A model generated the notes under the pieces. It saw nothing but the letters and a program-made list of their open reading frames with translations. It was not told the origin of the DNA and did no database searches. A stretch of DNA of 64,000 bases from Thermoanaerobaculia bacterium (GTDB lineage: Bacteria; Acidobacteriota; Thermoanaerobaculia; UBA5066), in assembly GCA_038245905.1 (NCBI GenBank), contig JBBRRY010000015.1, positions 14,611-78,610 on the forward strand, written 5' to 3'. The position numbers were made by a program, and so were the translations under genes. This document shows positions 7,634 to 16,707 of this stretch, piece by piece. Numbering within the stretch: the first letter of the stretch is position 1; the number at the start of each line of letters is the position of its first letter.

Positions 7634-7649
7634 TGCAAAGAGGGGGCCA
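7634..7649 (-). promoter_or_regulatory. Sigma54 (RpoN) -24/-12 promoter for the repeat-peptide gene
   Basis: The minus strand reads TGGCCCCCTCTTTGCA, against the consensus TGGCAC-N5-TTGCW. GG and GC have the exact canonical spacing. It lies about 65 nt upstream of the ATG at 7569 and 117 nt downstream of the stop of the sigma54 activator gene. Confidence 0.75.
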
Positions 7650-7765
7650 GACCAGTCCGGCCGCCAGAGACCCGTAAGTGGTTGAGGAAACGTCGAGACC
7701 GCCTCGTCGCGGTTACGCCGGCTCGATGACTCTTTCAACCTCGGTTGACGGATTCATCGGTCCGC

Positions 7766-9163
7766 TCAGAGGCGGTACTTCCGGCAGAGGTACTTCATCT
7801 GGTTTGCGTCGAGGCCGAGTGCTTCGGCGGCCCGCACCTTCACGCCTCCGGCGCGGGAAATGGCCTGGCTCACGAGCTCCCGTTCGAACCTTCCGACCGA
7901 CTCGGCAAGGGAGAGGTCGGCAGAGTGCGTCGCGGCGGGTTGGGCCGGCTCCCGGGAGCCGCCGGCCCGGCCCAACGTCCCCGGCAGATGCTCCTCCCCG
8001 ATCGTGTCGCCGTCCACCATGAGCGTCAGCATCTCGACGAGGTGTTCCAGCTCGCGCACGTTTCCGCGGAAGATGTGTCGCCCGAGCACCTCGAAGGCTT
8101 CGGACGAGAAGGCCTTCGGGCGGCGGCCATGGCGCTCTGCGGCCCGCGCCGTGAAGAATTCCACGAGCAAGGGGATGTCCTCGCGCCGCTCTCTCAGCGG
8201 CGGAATCCTCAGGATGACGGTGTTCAGGCGATAGAAGAGGTCATTGCGGAACGTTCCCGCCGCCACCTGACGCTCCAGGTCTTCGTTCGTGGCCGCGACG
8301 AGCCGGATGTCGACGTGGATCGTCTTCGTCCCGCCGACCCGCTCGAAGTCGCGCTGCTCGAGGACGCGCAACAACTTGGCCTGTACGGCCGGGGATAGTG
8401 TCGCGACTTCGTCCAGGAAGAGCGTCCCGCCGTGAGCCATCTCGAAACGCCCGGGCCGGGAGGCCACGGCCCCGGTGAAGGCACCCCGCTCATGGCCGAA
8501 GAGCTCGGACTCGGCTAGCGTCTCCGTGAGCGCCGAGCTGTTCACGGCTACGAACGGCCCGTCCCGGCGAGTGCTCCCCCGGTGGATCGCTTCGGCCACG
8601 AGCTCTTTCCCCGTTCCGCTTTCACCGGTCACGAGGACGGTCGCGTCGGTGGGGGCCACCTTCTCGATGGCGGCGAAGAGCCCGCGCATGCTTGGGCTCT
8701 CGCCCACCAGCCCGCCGTACGACCCACGCTTGAAGATCTCCTCCTTCAGCGCCCGGTTTTCAGCCAGGATGCGGTGTCGCTCCAAGGCTCGCCCGAGAAC
8801 GAGGAGCAGCTCCGACTTCTCGAAGGGCTTCCGGAAGAAATCGAATGCACCCAGCTCGACGGCTTTCAGCGCCCAGCGGCGCTCCGCCTCCGCCGTCATG
8901 ACCACGACCGTGGCGGCCGGCTGGCGCTGCCGAATGGCCCGCAGCAGACGGAGCCCCTCTTCCGCCTCGCCCGACGGCGGGAGCCGGAGGTCGACGAGGT
9001 AGACGTCGGGCTCGAGCTCGGCCAGCTTGAGCCCCGCGGCGGCGTCCCCTGCACTGTGGACTTCGAACCTGTCCTTCAGAGCCCAGAGGAGCTGGTCGCG
9101 CAGGAGCGGATCGTCTTCCACGACGGCGAGGCGCCCCTCCACCGTCTTTTGGACCACGCCCAC
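7766..9163 (-). CDS. Sigma54-dependent response regulator (NtrC-family bacterial enhancer-binding protein: REC + AAA+ + Fis-type HTH)
   Basis: REC domain LAVVEDDPLLRDQL...DVYLVDLRLPP. Walker A GESGTGKE. The sigma54-contact loop ERGAFTGAV (GAFTGA) is present. C-terminal HTH KVRAAEALGLDANQMKYLCRKY. Confidence 0.92.
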   Translation of the reverse strand: MGVVQKTVEGRLAVVEDDPLLRDQLLWALKDRFEVHSAGDAAAGLKLAELEPDVYLVDLRLPPSGEAEEGLRLLRAIRQRQPAATVVVMTAEAERRWALKAVELGAFDFFRKPFEKSELLLVLGRALERHRILAENRALKEEIFKRGSYGGLVGESPSMRGLFAAIEKVAPTDATVLVTGESGTGKELVAEAIHRGSTRRDGPFVAVNSSALTETLAESELFGHERGAFTGAVASRPGRFEMAHGGTLFLDEVATLSPAVQAKLLRVLEQRDFERVGGTKTIHVDIRLVAATNEDLERQVAAGTFRNDLFYRLNTVILRIPPLRERREDIPLLVEFFTARAAERHGRRPKAFSSEAFEVLGRHIFRGNVRELEHLVEMLTLMVDGDTIGEEHLPGTLGRAGGSREPAQPAATHSADLSLAESVGRFERELVSQAISRAGGVKVRAAEALGLDANQMKYLCRKYRL

Positions 9164-9165
9164 GC

Positions 9166-9891
9166 CTACACCTGCCGGCCAGGCGCGGCCGGAAGCGGCA
9201 GGAAGAGACGGACGCTGGTGCCCTCGCCCTCCGCACTTCTAACCTCGACGTCGCCCCGGTGGTGGCGCAGGATGCGGCGCGCCGTGTAGAGACCGAGTCC
9301 CACGCCTCCGGGCTTCGTCGTCTGGAACGGCCGGAACAGGCGCCGCCGCACGAACTCTCCCGACATCCCGGGCCCGTCGTCCTCGACGTCGACCACGGCG
9401 AAGTCTCGCGCCCCTCGCCGCTCGAGGCTCGTGCGTACCGTCACGCAGCTCTTCGCGGCCTCCTGCGCGTTCTGAATCACGCCCTGGATCGCCTCTTGCA
9501 AGTAGTAAGGGTCGCCCCAGAGCCCGGGGACCTCGGCGAAGGTCGCGTTCATCCGCGGTGTCGACGCCCGCCCCCGGGGGTGGCACGTGTGCAGGGCCTC
9601 CCGGATCAGGTCGTTCAGATCGAGCGGCACCTTGATGAGGACCGAGTCGCGATGAGCCGACCAGCTTCTCGCGATCCCGTCGAGCTTCTGGACGGTGGAT
9701 TGCAGGAGGTCCGTGGCGCTGCGTTTGAAATCCGGATCGCCGTAGTGCTCCTCCATGTTCGACAGGAGAAGGCTGAGGCGGAGCTCGAGGTTCCGGATGT
9801 CGTGGATGAGGACGGAGTCCTTCGTGGCGCGGATGCGTCGACGCGGGGCAGCCGTGCGTGTCGCCATGGTTTCAGGGCCGGGAAGGCGCAC
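9166..9891 (-). CDS. Soluble histidine kinase (DHp + HATPase_c only; no TM or sensor domain)
   Basis: H-box VLIHDIRNLELRLSLL. N/G boxes VIQNAQEA, VEDDGPGM and GGVGLGLYTARRILRHHRG. The stop lies 2 nt from the regulator start. An alternative start at comp(9865..9867) (MATRTA..) would avoid overlap with the upstream adaptor gene. Confidence 0.85.
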   Translation of the reverse strand: MRLPGPETMATRTAAPRRRIRATKDSVLIHDIRNLELRLSLLLSNMEEHYGDPDFKRSATDLLQSTVQKLDGIARSWSAHRDSVLIKVPLDLNDLIREALHTCHPRGRASTPRMNATFAEVPGLWGDPYYLQEAIQGVIQNAQEAAKSCVTVRTSLERRGARDFAVVDVEDDGPGMSGEFVRRRLFRPFQTTKPGGVGLGLYTARRILRHHRGDVEVRSAEGEGTSVRLFLPLPAAPGRQV

Positions 9892-10657
9892 GGAACGTGA
9901 GCCGGACCGCCATCCCCGGCCGCAGTATTTTTTTCGGATCGTGCTTCACCCGCACGATCACCTGCACCGTCCCGCTGCCCGGATCGATGACGGGGCTGAT
10001 GAACGAGACGCGCCCGCTCGAGCGTGCGTCCGGGAAATCCGGAGCCTCCACGGTCACTTCGTCACCGGTCTTCACGGTCTGAAGGCCGGAGGCCGGCAGA
10101 TAGGCGCGCGCCAGAAGCGGCTGGAGCGCCATCACCTTGAAGAGCGGTTTGCTCTCTTCGAGCGTGAACTTTTCCCCCACGCGCGCGTAACGGTCCGCCA
10201 CGATCCCGTCGAAGGGAGCGCGCACCACGGACCGGTCGATCACGAGTTTCGCCCTCTCCAGCTCCACGAGGGCCAGCTCGTGTCGCGATCTTCTCTGCTC
10301 GAACTCGGCCTCGCTCGTCAGATTCTGGCGGCGCAGCTCCTCGTACCTTTTCAGGTCCGCGAGACTCACGGCGAGCGTCTCCTCCGCGGCTCTCAGATCC
10401 AGGCGGAACTCGCGCTGGTCCAGCGTGGCGAGCGGCTGCGACTTCCGCACGAGCTCGCCCCGCTCGACCTGGATCGAGTCGATCACGCCGCTGACCCGAG
10501 TCGTCACCGTGACTTCCTGCTCGACCATCAGGTTCGAGGCGACGGTGAGCGGCGCAGGAAGCGCCGGCGCCGGCAGAGCGGCGCTGGCCCTCGCGAGCGC
10601 AAGGAGGGAGACGGCGATGAACGCCCGACCGGTAAGCCGGATTGAGTCGCGCGTGAC
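9872..10657 (-). CDS. HlyD/RND-type periplasmic adaptor (membrane fusion protein); start codon uncertain
   Basis: Typical MFP sequence VTTRVSGVIDSIQVERGELVRKSQPLATLD...VVRAPFDGIVADRYARVGE...GSGTVQVIVRV. The first canonical start is the ATG at comp(10526..10528). The in-frame upstream codons encode a signal anchor (RLTGRAFIAVSLLALARASAALPAP). A GGAGG at comp(10663..10667) sits 5 nt before a GTC codon at comp(10655..10657). The track ORF extension to 11137 overlaps the aminotransferase gene and is rejected. Confidence 0.75.
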   Translation of the reverse strand, partial: VTRDSIRLTGRAFIAVSLLALARASAALPAPALPAPLTVASNLMVEQEVTVTTRVSGVIDSIQVERGELVRKSQPLATLDQREFRLDLRAAEETLAVSLADLKRYEELRRQNLTSEAEFEQRRSRHELALVELERAKLVIDRSVVRAPFDGIVADRYARVGEKFTLEESKPLFKVMALQPLLARAYLPASGLQTVKTGDEVTVEAPDFPDARSSGRVSFISPVIDPGSGTVQVIVRVKHDPKKILRPGMAVRLTFRAPSRP

Positions 10658-10695
10658 TTTTTCCTCCAGGGTGTCTGGAACGGAATGATACCGAA

Positions 10696-11922
10696 TCAGG
10701 CGGGCGTGAGCGCGCGCACGAGGCGCTTGAGGGCCTCGTAGAAAACACCAGGCGGCGGCAGGAGGCTGACGACGACGAACGCCTCGAAAGGGAACTCGTA
10801 GAAATAGCCGGGCTGGACGAGCAGATCGTGTGATTCGAGGAGATCGAGGACGAGCTCCTCCTCGGGGCGGACAGCCGGCACGCGGAGGCACGCGGCCCAG
10901 CCGGCCCGGACGGGTAGGACCGTAACACCGCCACCCGCGGGGAAGGCAGCCTTGAGCGCGCGCTCGTTGCGAAGCACGCGCGCCCAGATCGCTTCCGCCG
11001 TCCCGCGCCCGTACTCCAGAAGCCTGGGGAGCGCGAGCTGCACGGGCGTCGAGACGGAGAGATACGAATCCGCAACCCACTCGAGGCGCTCGATCGCCTG
11101 CTCGAGGAGCCCGGCGGGTCCATTCGCGAGTATCCATCCGAGCTTCATCTGCGGGAGGCCGGCCGACTTGGAGAGCCCGCCCAGCGAGAAAACGAGCGCT
11201 TCGGGCGCGTTCGCGGCTGCGGCCACGCGCACGTCGCCGGGCCGGTCCGAGTAGCGATAGTCGACGAACACCTCGTCGGAGACGACGGCGAACCGGCGCT
11301 CCTTCGCCAGCGTCATGAGATCCGACAGCTCCGCGCCAGAGAGGGAGGTGCCCGTCGGGTTGTTCGGATTGACGACGACCACGGCCGCGACGCGACGTCC
11401 TTCCACCTCGACGCGCCGCACTTCCGCCTCCACGGCCGCCGCGTGGAACGCGAAGCCGTCATCGCTCGCGAGCGCGTAGCGGCGCAGCGACAGGCACTCG
11501 AGCTCCGCGAGGGTGTCGAGAAGCGGGTAGGACGGCGCCGGCACGAGGACGACGTCGCCGGGATCGCCCACCAGCTTGAAAAGCCAGCCGTAGGCTTCGC
11601 TCGACGAGGCCGTCAGGACGATCTGGTGCGGGGGCGCGAGAACGCCGTGCAACGCCGCGTAGTAGTTGCTCACGGACGTGCGCGCCGCGAGCAGTCCCCT
11701 CGGATCGGGTGCATACGAGAGGCCGCGGGGATCGGAGAGAGCCGCGAGAATGCGCGCGTCCGGCGCCGACGCAGCGTTGTCGAAGAGGTCGGCTTCGCCC
11801 GAACGCAGAGAGACGGCGGTCGGATTCGACACGGCGAGATCGAGGAACGGGCGCGTTCGCGCCGCGACCGCGCGCGTCAGGCGGTTCACGTCGCGGGGGG
11901 CGGGGATCCGCTGCGAGAACAT
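10696..11922 (-). CDS. Class I/II pyridoxal-phosphate-dependent aminotransferase
   Basis: 408 aa. LDLAVSNPT, VVVNPNNPTG and FSLGGLSKSAGLPQMKLGW (PLP-lysine SKS motif) are typical of AlaT/AspC-like transaminases. Confidence 0.85.
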   Translation of the reverse strand: MFSQRIPAPRDVNRLTRAVAARTRPFLDLAVSNPTAVSLRSGEADLFDNAASAPDARILAALSDPRGLSYAPDPRGLLAARTSVSNYYAALHGVLAPPHQIVLTASSSEAYGWLFKLVGDPGDVVLVPAPSYPLLDTLAELECLSLRRYALASDDGFAFHAAAVEAEVRRVEVEGRRVAAVVVVNPNNPTGTSLSGAELSDLMTLAKERRFAVVSDEVFVDYRYSDRPGDVRVAAAANAPEALVFSLGGLSKSAGLPQMKLGWILANGPAGLLEQAIERLEWVADSYLSVSTPVQLALPRLLEYGRGTAEAIWARVLRNERALKAAFPAGGGVTVLPVRAGWAACLRVPAVRPEEELVLDLLESHDLLVQPGYFYEFPFEAFVVVSLLPPPGVFYEALKRLVRALTPA

Positions 11923-11937
11923 GCGCGGCGCGTTTTC

Positions 11938-14031
11938 TCAGCGCCCGGACACGAGGTCTTCGGGTTTCCACGGCGAGGCGGCGCCGCCGAGGAACCTGTG
12001 GAACCAGTCGAGGTGCGCCGCGTAGTAGAGGCCCATCTCGAACGCGCTCGGCCAGTGGCCCGCCTTCTCGAACACGATCAGGCGCGACGGCACGCCGCGC
12101 GCCTGCAGGTCCGTGAAGAATTCGAGCGACTGCGTATAGGGAACGCGGAAGTCCTTTTCGCCGGTAATGACGAGGCAAGGGGTGCGGAAATCTGTCACGT
12201 ACGAGGACGGCGATTGCTTCGCGTAGAGGTCTCCGTTCTCCCACGGCGCGCCCTTGATGTCCCACTGGGGGAACCAGACCTCCTCGGTCGAGGAGTACAT
12301 CGCGCGCAGGTCGTAGACGCCCATCATCGAGGCGAGGGCCTTGAACCTCGTCGTGTGGCCTTCGAGCCACATCGTCGCGTAGCCGCCCCAGGACCAGCCC
12401 ATCGCGCCCATGCGGCTCTTGTCCACATACGGAAGCCTCTCGAGCGCGTCCGCGACTTTCTCGATGTCGGTCATCACGCGGCCGTTCCAGTCGCCCGAGA
12501 TGGCCGACGTGTAGGCCTGGCCGAATCCGGTCGAGCCGTGCGGATTCGGAAATCCGACGACGTAACCCGCGCCCGGATAGACCTGCCAGTCGCCGCGGTA
12601 GGAGTCCGCCCACTGCTGCTGCGGCCCGCCGTGGATGTTCAGGATGAGCGGGTACTTCTTCGCAGGATCGAAGCCGTGCGGCTTGACGATCCAGACCTGC
12701 ACGGGCTGTCCGTCGGCACCGGGCACGCTGATCTCCTCGGCCGGCCGGATGTCGACCTCGTTTTCGAGGGCGGCGTTGTGCGTCGTCAGGCGCTGTCCCG
12801 CCTCGTCCGCGCCTTTCGCGAGAGAGAGGCGGTAGAGTTCGAGCGGGCTCCCGATGCGGCGCCGCGCGGCCACGGCGAAGGTCACGTCCGGCGCGAGCGT
12901 CCACGCGTCGAGAGACCCGACGGACGACACCGCGCGGAAGGCGCCCGTCGCGAGGACGATCTCGTAGAGCGGCGTTCGCCCCTTCACGTCGGCCGTGAAG
13001 AAGATCCGGCTTCCGTCCCGCGAGAAGTCGAAGTCGCGGACCGCGTTGTCGAACCTGGCCGTGAGGTCACGCTCGGCGCCGGTCGCGCGGTCCCGGAGGA
13101 CGATCCGGAAGCGGTCGGCCTCGTAGCGGGGCGTGAGCTGCCGCTTGAAGGCGAGGAAGCGGCCGTCGGGGGAATAACGCGGCGACCCGTCGTAGCCCTT
13201 GTTCCAGGCCGTGAGATTTTTCGGGACTCCGTCACCCTTCACGGCGACGGTCCAGACGTCCGCGTTCGTCGAGAAGGCGGCGTCCGCGTCGCGGTTCGAA
13301 GAGAACGTGAGCTCGGTCCCGTCCGGCGAGAGGTCGAAGTCCCGCCCGCCACCGACCGAGAAGACGGGCGAGTCGAAGTCGCCCGGTGTCAGGTCGCGAA
13401 TCGCCTTCGCCGCGTCGGGCTCGGCAAGGTCGAGGATGAAAACATGCGTGCGCTTCCCGTCCTTCCACTCGGTCCAGTGCCGGTAGAGGAGGGCGTCCGC
13501 GAGGTGCGCCTTGATCTTGTTCGCCTCGTGCGCGTCGGCCGCCTTCTTGTTGCACGCCGCGTCGGCGCCGCAGGAGGGGACGACGTCCGCCGCGAAGAAG
13601 ACGGACCGGCCGTCCTTCGAGAAGGCCGGCCCGTCGATCCCTCCGGGGAACCGGGTCTTCTGCTCGGCCTCGCCGCCGCCAAGAGGGAGGAAGAAAAGCT
13701 GCGGTTCACCCGTACGCGTCGAAACGAACGCGAGCGTCTTTCCGTCAGGCGAGAAGAACGGGTGCTCGTCGCGCGCGTCGCCTGCGGTGATCGGCCGGGC
13801 GTTTGTCCCGTCCGCGTCCACGCGCCAAAGGGCGGCGGTCTTCCTCTTCGTCGCCCAGTCGTTCGTCGTGACGGTGTAGACGATCGCCTTCCCGTCGGGC
13901 GAGATCGCGGGCTCGCCGACGGCCTTCACGCGATAGAGGTCCTCGAGCGTGAAGGCGCGGCCGGAGGAGGCGGCGAGAGCGGGAGAGGCGAGGACGAAGA
14001 AGAGGGCGAAGGCGGTGGACAGTTTCGGCAT
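11938..14031 (-). CDS. Secreted S9-family serine peptidase (prolyl oligopeptidase/acylaminoacyl-peptidase type; N-terminal beta-propeller + alpha/beta hydrolase)
   Basis: Signal peptide MPKLSTAFALFFVLASPALA. Repeated propeller motifs (SPDGK.., FSPDG.., YSPDGRFLAF). Catalytic GxSxGG in MGAMGWSWGGYATMW. C-terminal GEKDFRVP and AGHW motifs. Confidence 0.9.
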   Translation of the reverse strand: MPKLSTAFALFFVLASPALAASSGRAFTLEDLYRVKAVGEPAISPDGKAIVYTVTTNDWATKRKTAALWRVDADGTNARPITAGDARDEHPFFSPDGKTLAFVSTRTGEPQLFFLPLGGGEAEQKTRFPGGIDGPAFSKDGRSVFFAADVVPSCGADAACNKKAADAHEANKIKAHLADALLYRHWTEWKDGKRTHVFILDLAEPDAAKAIRDLTPGDFDSPVFSVGGGRDFDLSPDGTELTFSSNRDADAAFSTNADVWTVAVKGDGVPKNLTAWNKGYDGSPRYSPDGRFLAFKRQLTPRYEADRFRIVLRDRATGAERDLTARFDNAVRDFDFSRDGSRIFFTADVKGRTPLYEIVLATGAFRAVSSVGSLDAWTLAPDVTFAVAARRRIGSPLELYRLSLAKGADEAGQRLTTHNAALENEVDIRPAEEISVPGADGQPVQVWIVKPHGFDPAKKYPLILNIHGGPQQQWADSYRGDWQVYPGAGYVVGFPNPHGSTGFGQAYTSAISGDWNGRVMTDIEKVADALERLPYVDKSRMGAMGWSWGGYATMWLEGHTTRFKALASMMGVYDLRAMYSSTEEVWFPQWDIKGAPWENGDLYAKQSPSSYVTDFRTPCLVITGEKDFRVPYTQSLEFFTDLQARGVPSRLIVFEKAGHWPSAFEMGLYYAAHLDWFHRFLGGAASPWKPEDLVSGR

Positions 14032-14072
14032 GTGCCGAGTCTATCGGCCCGCGCCCCCGGGCGCCCCCGCCG

Positions 14073-14576
14073 TCAGCTCGTGAGGCCGTCCTCCTTCTGC
14101 AGGATCTCGTTCAGGAACCAGCGGCTCTTCTGGTGCACCTGGACGAGGCGCGTGTATAGGTCGGCCGTTCCAATGTCGCCCGCGTCCGTCGCGACCTCAC
14201 AGTCGTCGTGCATCTCTTTGATCACGACGTCGAGCGTGGCGCGGGCCTCGGCGATCATCTCTTCGAGCGAGAGCTTGCCCTTCGAAGGTTCCACGCTGGC
14301 GCTCGGGAGATAGTCGGCCGGATCGCCCAGCGGGGCGCCCCCCACCATGATGGCGCGTTCGGCGAACTCGTCGATCGTGTCGTACACGAGCGTCGCTTGC
14401 TCGTCGAGCATGAGGTGGATGTCGCGAAAGAGGGGCCCGTAGCTGAGCCAGTGGTATTTCTTGTAGTTGAGGTACGCGACGAGCGCGTTCGCCTGTTGCC
14501 GCTGAAGAGTGCCGACGACGGCCGCCGAGCCGCCGCTCTTGTTCTTCTTCTTCTGCTTCTTGTCTTTCTTGGCCAT
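14073..14576 (-). CDS. dps: Dps-family DNA-protection/ferritin-like protein with a lysine-rich N-terminal tail
   Basis: MAKKDKKQKKKNKSGG tail followed by LNYKKYHWLSYGPLFRDIHLMLDEQA...DEFAERAIMVGG, the Dps ferroxidase-site pattern. Confidence 0.9.
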   Translation of the reverse strand: MAKKDKKQKKKNKSGGSAAVVGTLQRQQANALVAYLNYKKYHWLSYGPLFRDIHLMLDEQATLVYDTIDEFAERAIMVGGAPLGDPADYLPSASVEPSKGKLSLEEMIAEARATLDVVIKEMHDDCEVATDAGDIGTADLYTRLVQVHQKSRWFLNEILQKEDGLTS

Positions 14577-14590
14577 GAATCCTCCGAGAT

Positions 14591-14619
14591 CCTTAGATTA
14601 GACTATGTCTAAAATAAGG
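14591..14619. promoter_or_regulatory. AT-rich imperfect palindrome upstream of dps (candidate Fur/PerR-type 7-1-7 operator)
   Basis: CCTTAGATTAGACTATGTCTAAAATAAGG. The core TTAGAC-TAT-GTCTAA (14598..14612) is a perfect 6-3-6 inverted repeat flanked by CCTTA/TAAGG arms. It lies 15-43 nt upstream of the dps ATG and is conspicuously AT-rich in a GC-rich genome. Confidence 0.4.
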
Positions 14620-14625
14620 TCAAGC

Positions 14626-14865
14626 TCAGGATTTCTTGATGAGACGCACGATCGCGACGAGCACGATGGCGCCGACGAGCCGCACGAGAAAATCGCCCAG
14701 CAGGCCGCCGCCCATCACGAAGCGGCCGAGGAGGAATCCGCCTATCCAGCCGCCGACGATCCCGAGCAGAACGTCGACGAGGAGGCCATAGCCGCCGCCC
14801 TTCATGATCTGTCCGGTCGCCCAGCCCGCGAGCGCGCAGAGCGCGAGTTCCACGATCAGCCACAT
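14626..14865 (-). CDS. GlsB/YeaQ/YmgE-family stress-response membrane protein
   Basis: 79 aa. [47 protein letters not shown] is the characteristic glycine-zipper transglycosylase-associated family sequence. Confidence 0.85.
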   Translation of the reverse strand: MWLIVELALCALAGWATGQIMKGGGYGLLVDVLLGIVGGWIGGFLLGRFVMGGGLLGDFLVRLVGAIVLVAIVRLIKKS

Positions 14866-14924
14866 GTTCCTGTTCTCCTTATGCGTCTGATCCTACCCCC
14901 CGTTCCTGTTACATTCCCGCCCCC

Positions 14925-16604
<1,680 letters not shown>

Positions 16605-16707
16605 ACGGGCAGGATCTCATTTCGACGCCGCGGCGACCGCCCGCGGACCAGTCGACGAGACCCGCCGAGTCGTGCTTCGCCCAGAACTCGCGCTCGGCCG
16701 CTTACAC

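Noticed and set aside
11443-14313. 956-aa plus-strand ORF across the aminotransferase, S9 peptidase and Dps region
   Set aside because: It is antisense to three genes that have unambiguous motifs. Its composition (R/E/V/G runs) is non-protein-like and it has no recognisable domain.
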